A DNA stretch of 64,000 nt from the human T2T-CHM13v2.0 reference genome, Homo sapiens. Shown in pieces: positions 14,271-26,845 of the stretch (the stretch's first letter is position 1; the number at the start of each line of letters is the position of its first letter). The stretch lies in the NCBI RefSeq assembly GCF_009914755.1, contig NC_060927.1, one strand, 5' to 3'. A model generated the notes under the pieces. The model searched no databases. It saw nothing but the letters and a program-made list of their open reading frames with translations, and was not told the DNA's origin. The position numbers were made by a program, and so were the translations under genes.

Positions 14271-15653
14271 CTAAGTGGTCAGTCATCTCTGTGCTCTTGA
14301 TGGTGGCTCCCAGGTCCAGGCTCAGAGAGGGCACAGTCTGCCTCTCCTGTGTTGGGGTGCTCTCCTAAGTTTATCAAGTGACTGTAAAAGTACCTAACTT
14401 TAACACTACCTAAGATGAGCGAAGGTAGCGGGTGCCAGAGATACGAACTGCAGAAGGCGCAGAGGCCTAAAAGCATCTGTATATGATTCTCCCAAACCAG
14501 CTCTGTGCAACTTTCAAGGACATCCCCGGGCTCAGTGAAGTGGCTGTGGAGGCCCCCTACTCGTGGCTCTATAACAGTCACCCTCTGCTGGCCCTGGGTC
14601 CCAAAGTAGCCTCTTGTTGTGGCCTGTTTGGGCTTTGGTTTGTGGGGATGGAGTTTCCTCAAGAACCTTAAAACAGGAAGACGATAAGGGCCGTATTTGT
14701 TACACAGAACTGCCACTTTCTGGCGTCTGTCTAGAGATCTCTTTTCTGTATGAAATTACATCGGAGAGCCCAGCCCAAATTCCAGCTTGGAAACTGATGC
14801 TCACCATGCCCTCTGGAGGCTCTGCCAATTTCTCAGAGTGAATGCCTCGTTTATAAACATGGCCACGCCTCCACCCTTGCAGGGACATTCTGGCATGGGG
14901 CACTGGGAAACAGAAGCCCTACGCCCGGCCCTTCGAGGTGGAGAAAACATGGGGCAAAGGGAAGAAAATGAGACCCGGGTGTGAGAACCTGGGGGTGACC
15001 CAGTAGGGTCAGACTCGCAGTGACTGGGCACTGCAGACAGTCATGGCCTGGGTGCAGGTGGAGGTGCAGCTCTGCCATCAGGGTAGCGCTTAGAAAGGTC
15101 CCAGACCAAGCTTCCCCGGAAAACATTCATGACCCCAGCTCTTCATTTAACTGCTTTAAAATTTCTTATATTTTTAGCCTCTTTCCCAAGGGGAGGAGGC
15201 TTCTATGAAATCAGACTTCCTTTTTGTTTTTGGCTTACCCCTCACACTTCAGGGAGCCACCTCTGTGATGAGTTTTACAAGCGCTACAGTTGCCCGCGGG
15301 GCCTACGACTGAGACCGCCAGACTTCTACGTAAATTTGGTGGGGTAAGGATGAATTCTGGCTTGCACGGTGATGTCTTTATTATTTTTTTAAAATTTTTG
15401 AGTTGATTATCAATGTCTAAAAATCACGAGAGTCTACATTAAGTCCAGATTTCTGGCTTCTCTTGGAAAAAGGTGACAATGTGGCAATGCTGGGCCTGCA
15501 CCCCTGCAAGGCGGCGTGTGGCTGGGCTGAATAACAGCTGCCTCTTCAGCCAGGGTATGGCTCTCTGGTTTGCTACAGGCCCCTGGACTCTATGAAAGCG
15601 TCAGAGTTTTGGGGTCCTGCATACATTCTTCTTCCAAGCTCCTAGGGGGTCTA

Positions 15654-16082
<429 letters not shown>

Positions 16083-16379
16083 TCACCTCCCAGCTCTGCC
16101 ACTCCTTGCTTTATGACCTGTGGCAAGTTCTTGAGACCTTGATCCTCACCGAGCCTCAGTCTCCTGCTCTGTACAATGGGGATGCATACTTCCTCCCCAA
16201 GATTTTGTAAGGCTCAAATGTGGTAATAACGCATGCAAAGTGCCCAGCATAGTGCTCGGCAATAGTATGTGCTCGACACATAGTAGGTGCTCAAGAGATG
16301 TGTGCCGAGTGACTGTGTGAATAAAGGAGGAATGGTTTGCATTGAGCTTTCACACAATAATGACGTGAAGTTGGTATCA

Positions 16380-16760
16380 TTTATTTATTCATTTATTCGA
16401 CAAATACCTTTTGAGCACCTATGACACGCCAGGCACATCTTAGTTCCTAGTTTGGGAACTAGGACACAGCAGTAAAGAAGACAAGAGTTCCTGCCCTTGA
16501 GGAGCAGACATTCTAGAGGAGGAGGAAGACAAGAAACAAAAAAACGAATACATGAACAAGACAGTTTCAGATATGGTGACACATTGTGAAGAAAAAGGCC
16601 AGGATGATGTGATAGAAAGTGACATGGGGGACAGGGGTAGGGAGTGGTTACTTTAGCTAGGGTGGCCAGGGAAGGCTTCTTGGAGGAGGTGGTATTTGAG
16701 CAGACACCAGTCGCATGGTGACCTAGGGAAGAACATTCCATGTAGAGGAAACAGCAGGTG
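16380..16760 (-). mobile_element. L2 3' fragment
   Basis: ttattcatttattcgacaaatac...gagcacctatg...ccaggcac...cagggaaggcttct. Confidence 0.75.
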
Positions 16761-18474
16761 GCTTTTTTTTGGATGAGGAAACTGAGGCTCAGATAGGGGA
16801 AGTGACTTGCTTGCAGCCACAGGCAAGAGAAATGCTGTAACGGTAGGAACGCAGCTGGGGACCCATCCTGATCCCCTGGGGCTTCCTCTTCAGTTTAGCA
16901 TGCCCATCCCCCATCTGCTACAGGTGCTACTGCAGGTGCTGCGGAGACTGCTCACACCCGCAGACTCTGACAGAGGAAGAGCCTGCTCAGGTGACTGGGT
17001 CCCCTTGTTGGGAAGTGCCTGGGAATGCACTCCCATCTTAACCTGATGGCCAACATCCAGTGGCTGACGTGTTAGTCCCAAAGCCCAGCCATCTGCTTTG
17101 AGGTAGGACAGACCCTAGAGTTCTGGGCAGCCATGGACTTTATCCTGAAGACAGTGGGAGTCACGGAGGAGGTCTGAGCAGAGGAGGGCAGGGATGGATT
17201 TGGGTTGCTCCAGAGCTCCCATGGGATCGGGAGAGGCTGGGAGTTCTCTGGAAATCTCAGCTGCCCCCGGCTTCTTCCCTAGCGTGGACCTGTGCCCCTT
17301 GCAGGTCTCACCTGAGAGCACCCTGTCAATAGATCCCCTGCCTACCCATCTCAGGGAATTCAGCCAAAGAGAGAGGCAGAGATGGGCTGTGAACCCAGGA
17401 GTGCTTGACTGTGAACTCCATTCTTGGCAGGGCCGAGGTGCAGGAGGGAGAGGAGTGAGGACTTTGAAGGCCATGGGGTTGTTCTCATCGCTTCGTTCCC
17501 GGCCCTGTCAGTGCCATGTTTCCATAGAGTCTTCTGCCTGTGGCGGTGGCGATGGCGGTATAGAGGATAGAGGAAATCCCTGGGCCCATAGCTCTCCACC
17601 CCCACCTCCAGCTGCGGAGCCTCAGAGCCGGCTCCATCCCTGTCTGACAGTCGGAGGGGCTGGAAGCCAAGCTCCCAGCTAGCCGGGAGCTGTCACCAGG
17701 CCCCCAAGTTTAAATTTAGACAGCCAAGCCTGTAATCTGCTTCCCTTCCCCATGCTGTGGTGTCTATAATTAGAGCTGGGGAGACAGCCACAAAGGATCG
17801 AGCAGCCAGGTGGGAAGGCCTTGGCATTTGCTACCTCCTTACCCGGGAGGGGAAGCCTAGGCCGTGCCAGAGGGTCGGGGGCTCACTTTGCAGCTGGGCC
17901 AGCGGGGCTGTCACCAGCCATCACCTGCAGTTACCACTTTAGTTGGGATGCCCAGTTTGTTGTGCGGGGGCTCAGACCATGGGTTTCTCCCTGGGCTCTT
18001 GGCAATGTCCTTCAACCTCTTCAGTTTTTCCTCTGCACTGTGGCCAGGGTGGTCATGATAAAGCCCAAACCCATTCTTGTCTTCCTCTGCTCAAGTCTCT
18101 TCCATGGCTCCCACTGTCCTCAGGATAAAGTCTGTGTTGCTTGGAACTTCAGGCCCTGCACCCTCTCCAGCTGCTGCACCTGCCAAGTGCTAATGCTTTG
18201 TATGCAGAGTCTCCTTTAACTCCCACAGCAGTCTGTGAAGTGGGGACAACTATTATCCTCATTTTACAGATGAGGATACAGAGGCTCAGAGCTAGAAGTT
18301 ACTTTCCCAAGTTCTCACAGCCATTGCCGGACAAGAAGGCAGGCCGTCTGCTACCAGAGCCTTGGATTTGCTCGAGCTTCACTCTTCTGTATCACTGAGT
18401 GCTAATGGAGTGCCTTCTGTACACAGGACTCAGACTGGGTGCTGTGGTAGAGAAAGGTGGGCTTCAGGCACTCA

Positions 18475-19041
<567 letters not shown>

Positions 19042-19575
19042 CTAGGTGGTCCCTTGTCCTTTCCCACATTCAGACAAGACAGACAGGCTTGGGCTCTACC
19101 CAGCTGGTCCTTGGGACCTGTTGTGGGATATTAAGTAGCCACTCGACAGGAGGGACAAAAAAGGAGGCTTAGAACGTAAAAGAGGGCAGCCATGGGAGCC
19201 AAGTCACTATCCCAGTTGGCGTGGCCTCTTCATGCAGGATGGACTGGAGGGCCCGTGACCCTTTTGGACAGAGACTGAGCCAAACTCCCTACCCCTCAAC
19301 CTCTAAGGATCTCAAAGTCTTCAGCTGAATGGGGCGCAGAGTTCAAAGGCTAGGGAGATGCTGGCCCATGGGTATCCCCCTCCTCACCGGTGGACACCTC
19401 TTTATTTGGCCTGGCACCATGCAAATCACAGCTACACCCCCAAGGTCGTCAGACACCTGTAGGAGTGGATGTGTCTGCCTCTGGCCCTTGCCAGTCTCTG
19501 TCTCTGGTGTGACTGTCAGAGCCGGTGGGGAGGGGCCTCAGGGACGACAAACGCCGGTTAAAACAAAAGGGTTAC

Positions 19576-19617
19576 CTTTGCTCTGGCTGGCGTCCACATT
19601 GCCATCCTGCATTTTAC
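19576..19617 (-). CDS. ATP2B2: ATP2B2 alternative site-A micro-exon, 42 nt (w and x variants)
   Basis: TGTAG|GTAAAATGCAG...AGCAAAG|GTAACC; encodes (G)KMQDGNVDASQSK. Confidence 0.94.
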
Positions 19618-20082
19618 CTACACGACAAAGAATTTTAACAGACAACAGAGAACAGACAACACATGGTCGGTCATCACGAAGACGCAACAGGCCACAGACA
19701 TTAATGTCACAGATGAAGGGCGGGCCGTGCTGACTGCATCCCTCTGTGTGGGGATACGGGTTGGGGAGGGCCCTGAAGCAGGAGCAGGCCTGGCCGCACC
19801 TTAGCTGTGGGGCCTGCCAGCCGGGCAACTCTTGATTCTCCAGGGGACTCAGGAGGGAGGTTTCTGCTGGAATACTTTTGGCCTTGAGCGTGTTACAGAT
19901 CAAAGGGAAGTATCAGAGGGTGCAGGGGATTAGAGTCTGCTGGAGGAGGCAGCAGAGAAGCACTCAGGCCCCCACACCAAGCTTTTTGTGACCGATTTGG
20001 TGTTTTCTGGGTTGAGAGAAGGCAAAGGGAAGCTTGTTCAGTTACGTCCTTTTCATTTTCCCACAAAAGAAAACATGCAGTA

Positions 20083-20140
20083 GAGAGAGGGGAGAGGGGG
20101 AGAGAGAGAGAAAGAGAGACAGAGAGAGAGGAGAGAGTGT
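20083..20140. repeat. (GA)n polypurine tract; (CU)-rich on the pre-mRNA
   Basis: Directly visible. Confidence 0.9.
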
Positions 20141-22393
20141 TTCTAGAATGGAGAGGAGTTTGGACAAGGCACTGAGGTCAATGTGTTCCTTAGTTTTGGC
20201 CTTCAAGAGGGATGATCTTTCTCCTTCACACTCTGAAGAGTGTGAAGCCACCCAAGGATGACCCCTTGCCCAATGCCCCTGAGAGTGACCAGAACAAAGA
20301 GTGATCAGGGGTCCCCATGGTGGTATACGAGGGACCTCAAGTGTGGCCGGGTTCTTGATGAAGTGCTCTGGTCCCCAATGGGGGTGCTGACCCCTTGGTA
20401 GGGGTATGGCTCAGGCTACAGCAGCAGGCTAAGTAGTGTCCGTGGGCATCCCCTTCCATACCAGGGCCTGGTGCTGCATCTGGCTGCCCCCCACCGACTC
20501 ATCAGAGCTGCCTGGGAGGCCCCCACTCCAGCCTTGGCCAGGAGCTTGTGGGCTGGGTGTGCAATGTGGGCAATGGAGGCCTCTGTCTCTTGCCTAGCAC
20601 ACCTGCCTTCGCCAGCACCCTCCCATCTACTGGGCCTGCACGCTCACCCAGAGCTCTGCCTGCTCTGCCAACAGGCCTCGCCCCCTTGGGAGGGGTCTGA
20701 GAAGGTTGGCCACCCTTGGATGATGGCTGCAATGGTGATTCTCACAGCTCACATTCCAGGACAGTCCACCACCATGTGCTGGGCACACACATAAGCTCTG
20801 AGATTCCATCTAATCCTCGCCACAGCCTCACCTATGAAGGGTGTGCTTGTATTATACCCATTTATGGATGAGAAACTGAGGCTCAGAGAGGGAGATGAGC
20901 TGCTTGGGTCTCAATGGGTAAATGGAGAGCTGGCCCCAAAGTGCGTGCCTACTTCCGTCCTGCCATTGCTTCTCCAGAAGCTGCCGTCAGGGAGACCATG
21001 GACACCCCTCAGCCCCTCTGAGCCCAGGGGAGGGAAGTTGAGGTGGCACTGCTGGGACAGGGTTCCTGAAGTCTTCATTTCACCACCAACTAGCTGCTGG
21101 CTTTCTATCTCCCAATCTCATCAAGCTTCCACTTTCATAAAACAGGATGAGACATTCACCTCCCAGAGTGTCCCAGTTACCTTCATCATAATCACTTGCA
21201 CGGTTCAGCCTTTTGCAGTTTCAAAGGGCTTTTGCAAGTGTCATCTCTTGTCAGTCTTCCCAGTATCCCTGCAAGGTGGGGCAGGAGGGATTTTCATCAC
21301 TCTCATTTTATAGATGGGGAAACTGAGGCCAAGGGAAGTTCAGAGGCAGCCTGAATTTAGGAGCATCCTCGGAATAGCCCCATGGCTGCAGGATTAGTTC
21401 ATCACTGTCACTGTGCCCACTTTCTGGGTGACTCAGAGGGGAGAAGTGGCTTCCCCGAACCTCGCCCAGCACTGTCTGTTCAAGGGTAAGTGCAGAGCTG
21501 TCCCCATGGCCTCCCATGGCAAAGGATCAGTTGCCCATCCTGGGCTTTAAAGTGAAAGACCCCCTGTGTCTCTACTGTAAAATTCTTTCTACTGGATTAA
21601 AAAACACAAGAGAAAAAAGCTTTTTAGAGTAAGCAGGAATGAATAACAACAATTATTTTTATTTTCTAAAATAATTTTACTGACTGGGCTCAGGGGCACC
21701 AGGGGACTCCACTTCAATAGTTGGTTTTAGAAGGCTCAAAGGGGCCTTTATTTGCATTGCATATTATCAGATGCAATAGCCGGTGTGTGCACTCATTAAG
21801 CCCAGCTAGCACTTTCCTCTTTTATTTCCAGAGTGAACACGTGATCAGAAAAATAATCACCAATGCATATGCTGGAGGAAGGGAAGGATGTTCTGGGAGT
21901 GCTGAGGCACAGATGGCCTGGTTTCTCAGAAGCGAGGGACTTATTTGGGGCTCTCCTGGCCAAACTGGTGCTCGCCTGGCCCTGAACTATGGTGGAACAG
22001 CCAGCTTTGGCCCCATGTGGGATCTGGAGATGGGCTGTATTTCAGGAGAGCTAGGAATGGGGTCCAAGACTGAGCCCTCAGGTGGGGTCTCAGAGGCCCT
22101 TCTCTGTATCTGGAGTCAGATGCACCTTTTCCAAATGGGTCTATTCTCTCTGTGCATCACAAAGGGCATGGGTGTGAAGTGCATGGATTGGGAGGATTCC
22201 TGGTAAGCTGACCTGATACACAAGCTCTGGGGAGAGAGACCACTACCTGGGAGACTTGGGAAATACCACTTCTCTTCCCTGTGCCTCCATTTTCTCCTCT
22301 GTGAAATGGATATCAACTAAGGTGATGTTTATGAAAGGCACTGGAAAATCACTGTGTAAACGTTGGGAGTTAGTAGTAATGTGTTATTATTAT

Positions 22394-22668
22394 TGTTGCC
22401 CAGGCTGGAGTGCAGTGGCGTGATCTTGGTTCACTGCAACGTTGAACTCCTGGGCTCAAGCAATCCTCCTACTTCAGCTTCCTGAGTTGCTGGGAATATA
22501 GATGTGTGCCACTATACCCAGCTAATTAAATTTTTTTTTTTTTTTTTTTGTAGAGATGTGGTCTCACTATGATGTCTAGGCTGGTCTCAAACTCTTGACC
22601 TCAAGTGATTCTCCTGCTTCGGCCTCCCAAAGTGTTGGGATTATAGGCATGAAGCACTGTACCCAGCC
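22394..22668 (-). mobile_element. AluJ-like element
   Basis: Diverged dimeric Alu with gaactcctgggctcaagcaatcctcc (J-type pattern). Confidence 0.9.
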
Positions 22669-22680
22669 CATGATGTATAA

Positions 22681-22999
<319 letters not shown>

Positions 23000-23299
23000 T
23001 AATTAACTGTGATTATAACCATGATTACAGGTCATGTATTACATAGTGACACACTAGTAATGTAAAAGAAAAATAACTAAATAATAATGGCAATCATAAT
23101 GCTTCCAAGATGAATGGACCACACCCATTTTTCAGTTGGGGGCTTGGGGGAGCAGGGTCAAAGGGAAAAATTATCACCCTAATTTTTTTTTTCCATATCC
23201 AAGTCATTGTGATCTGGCTCAGAGGAAGGAGGGGAAAGAACACTTAATTCTCTCTCAATCGGCAAGGTTCCACCTTGTGCCTCTCCACCTGTAATGTGC

Positions 23300-23575
23300 T
23301 CTCACCTGGAGTCTGGAAAGCCTGTTAAAATGCAGATTCTCCTTCAGTTGGTCTGGGGTGGGGTCTGAGATTCTGCATTTCTTTTTTTTTAATTTTTTAA
23401 TTTTAATTTTTATTTTATTATTATTATACTTTAAGTTTTAGGGTACGTGTGCACCCTAAAACTTAAAGTATAATAATAATAAAATAAAAAACTGAGATTC
23501 TGCATTTCTAAGGAGCTCCCAGGTGATGTGCAGGCTTTGGGTCCTGTGATCACATTTTGAATAGCAATGGCTTAG
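23300..23575. mobile_element. MER5A-like DNA transposon (host of the palindromic L1 insertion)
   Basis: tgttaaaatgcagattct...ggtctggggtggggtctgagattctgcatttcta...ctcccaggtgatg. Confidence 0.8.
23383..23491 (-). mobile_element. Ultra-short young L1PA 3'-end insertion with foldback inverted duplication and 18-bp TSD
   Basis: ttattatactttaagttttagggtac.tgtgcac is the antisense L1PA 3' terminus; its inverted copy follows. TSD ctgagattctgcatttct at 23365-23382 and 23492-23509. Confidence 0.9.
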
Positions 23576-23879
23576 AGCATTATTTCCCAGAGTATATTAT
23601 GGGGCAGACCAATTCCACAGGATTCAGCCAGGAAAGGTCTTGCAGTCAAATCAGCCTAGGAAACTCTATGTGACTCTGTAACTCTCCGCTACACACCAGC
23701 ATATTCAAGGCTCTGAGCAGTCCTGTAACCAGGACTAATTCTGTAACCAGGAAGAGATCAATTCAATCCAGTGGTTCTCAAACATCTTTGACCACAGAAT
23801 CCTTTTCTTGGGGTAAAGCCCTCTTAACATCCTTGTGAAACTTACAAGACACACTCCACTGGGAAATCCTGGATCAGGA

Positions 23880-24110
23880 GGAGAAGCACACACTTTAGAG
23901 CCAGCCAGGTCTGGGTTCTGGGTTCAAATCCCAGCTCTGCTACTTTCTAGCTCTGTGACCTTAGGCTAGTGTCTTGGTCTCCTTGAGCCTCAGTCTCCTC
24001 ATCTTTAAAGTGGGGACAATAAAACCTGTATCATGGGGGTGTCATGAGGATTAAATGAGATGGTGAATATGAAATGCTTTCAGCAGTGCCTGGTATACAG
24101 TAGGTGGTCA
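23880..24110 (+). mobile_element. MIR SINE
   Basis: ctgggttcaaatcccagctctgctact...tgtgacctta...gcctcagtctcctcatct. Confidence 0.8.
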
Positions 24111-25600
24111 AGAAATGAACGTTTCCTACAGTTTCTCTTGGGATATTTGGGGTTTTCTGCTGCAGTCTGGAAGTAAAGCTGCCCTTTTTTCTGAGACTGG
24201 CCAGCCTGGATGGGGTCTGTATGTTCACAAAGCTCAGCAGGCTCACTGCCGGGGTGAAGTGGGTGCCCCCTCTAGGTTCCTTCTCTCTCAGCCATGGGTT
24301 TGCCCACATGGGTTCTCCTTGTCACCCTCAGCCACCCCTCCCTGAGGCATGACACCTCCCACTCCCCAAGCTGTCATCCTTCCTCCTCCTGTGCCTGAAA
24401 TAGAGCCATACCAGAATTAGTCCTTCTTGGCAAGGCACTGCTCGCAGAAGTGCCTTACTCAGCCCCGACACCTACTAGGTGCTTCCATCTTTGGGCACTT
24501 TGAATGCAGGTGGCTTGGGGAGAGGTCTAGGGCAGGGGATGGGAGGCTGCGGGGAACAAGTCTCCATATTTTGCAGGAGTGGTGAGAAGTGAATGATATG
24601 ATATAATGGATGAGAAACCCACAGCCCAGTGCCTGGTATGCAGAGACGGTGGGAAAAAGATTTTCCCCTGCCCTCAGCTCCTCTGGGGCAATGTTTTCAT
24701 GATGGAGCCCTAATGGCTCTCAACAGTTCAGGAGTAGCCTGGGGGACTATTATGTCACTTTATTTGGGGATAGGGGTGGTATCTGAGTAAACAAAAGCCT
24801 TGTCTGTTGCTCTGAAGCCAGAAGGGGATAGAAATCCGAAATCTTCTAAAGGCTTTGGGGGCAAGTGAATGGAACTCCTTCTTGCTTGCGTGTAAGGAGA
24901 TTAAGATGCAGACACCAGTACACAGTGCCAGCCCCTCTCCCCCACCCTCCACCCCTGTGACCCAGGACAAACGCTCCAGCACAGGCAACAGCAAGAAACA
25001 CCAGTCCACATCCGAAGGACAGAACCAGGCCCGAGCCCAAGCGAACCCCCTGCCCGTTGGCTCCGTGAAAGAGAAGAGGAAAAACTGTTTACTGCTGGCT
25101 CAGCCATGCTACAGGACAGGGCCAAGGAGCTGAATCCCGGCCTGGGTCCCCTTGCCTCGAGGAAATTTTAGAGTCGAGGACTAGAGCCTTTGCTGGGGAC
25201 CCAGATGCCAGCTTCAGCCCAAGCCCTGATCCCAGGCCTTCTTCCCAAAGCCAGGGCCAGGAATACACTTAGGAGAGGGCCATGCCAGGTGGGACGCTCC
25301 TTCTTGGGAGCCAATCTGAAGCCAAAGTCTCGTCTCTTATCTGGGCTCCATGGGGAGTCAAGGGCTCGACAGGAGCCAGCACCTTTTTGGCAGCTGTGAG
25401 GCTGACAGGTTGCAGAGCTGACTCCCCCGGCTGTGGCTCCTGTCTTAAGCGCCTGCCCCATGTGAGAAGGTGACTGTCCCAGCGGCCCATGCACATCCGA
25501 GATCTGTGCAGTCCAGAACAAGGAAAGAAAGCCCAAAGTTGGGGTGGGGGTGAGAGACGCCCATCCAACCATGACCAGGAGCTCGCCGTGGGAGACATAC

Positions 25601-25660
25601 CATTGACTAGGCTGGCATTCGCACTATCTGCAGCATTTGAAGCTGCCGCACCGTCTGCTG
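25601..25660 (-). CDS. ATP2B2: ATP2B2 alternative site-A exon, 60 nt
   Basis: CTGCAG|CAGCAGACGG...GTCAATG|GTATGT; encodes (A)ADGAAASNAADSANASLVN, the second segment of the PMCA2w insert. Confidence 0.93.
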
Positions 25661-26812
25661 CTGCAGGGGGGTGGGAGGGATGGAAAATGCAGTGTCACAA
25701 TGGAGAAAAGCAACAACGACAAAGACATGAACCAACTTGTGGGGAGATAACATGACTCTATTCTTAAAAAAAAAAATTATCCTTTGGAAACCAAGAAACT
25801 CAAATTTGGGGTGGGGGTGAAATGTTCCATAGAGATGCCGCAGAGGTTGAGGGGAGAAACTCAGACATGGAGGGTCTTTCAAATAAAGCATGGTGGATGA
25901 CCAGGGTGGTTAGCTGGGATGGTGCTGGTCTGTGCTGAGGTCTGGACCCTGCTGGTCCAACCAGTCAAGAGAGTCCCCTGGAAGAGAGGGCTCCATGAAA
26001 TGAGGAGATCTGGCTGCCCATTGGGGGCCAGGAGTGGAAAAATATTCACTAGGCAGTGCAGCGTGGGCACGGACCACTCAGAATGAGTATTCTCCATGAC
26101 CACCATCTCTGTGCATCAGGGTGTTCTGGAAGAACATTTGCTAATGGTGATGACTTTGACTTAACTGGATTCATGCCCTTGATTCAGGCCATTGCCTCCT
26201 TCCTTAACTGGCATTCCAGAGACTGCTTTGGGAACTCCCATGTGAGATGCCCCCCAAATTTAAAAGGTGACATCAAGCATGTTGCATTTTGTATATGGGA
26301 TGGAAAAGGCACTAGTGAATTTTTCTTAATTTAGAAATTAAAAGTGATATGAGATGGCTAAATTCACACCTTTTGCTCTTTCTTGTGGGTAGGGAATAGT
26401 GTTCTATGGGCAGGAAGAGGCCCCACTGGGTGAAGCACACTGTTGCGTGAGGGCATGGGCTCCCCAGGGGTGCTGGTGGGGAGAGCAGGGCCTGAGGGGA
26501 GGGTCCTATGATGGTGAGCAAGCTTTGCATGCTGGTACGCAGGGCTAAGGGTGGTGTAGAGATGGGGGTGGTACCACTTGGCATTGGCTGGTAGGGTGAG
26601 GCACTGTAAGGGCAAGAGGGTGGAGTGGGGTGTTGGCTTGTCCCACAGGGCTGGCATCACAGGAGGGCACAAAGGAGGGTCTGGGGGGTGGAGCCACCCA
26701 CAGGCATGTGGCCTCCTCCAGCTGTGTGCTGGTGGTCTAGGGGCAGGGCCCAATGACCAAAGCCTGCTGCTATTTCTAAAAGCCCATCTACCCTGAGGGT
26801 GTCTTACTGTAC

Positions 26813-26845
26813 CTGGTAGCTGAAGGCCATCCCCCTTCTTCACAC
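26813..26845 (-). CDS. ATP2B2: ATP2B2 alternative site-A micro-exon, 33 nt
   Basis: CACAG|GTGTGAAGAAGGGGGATGGCCTTCAGCTACCAG|GTACAG; encodes (G)VKKGDGLQLP, the first segment of the PMCA2w insert. Confidence 0.93.
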
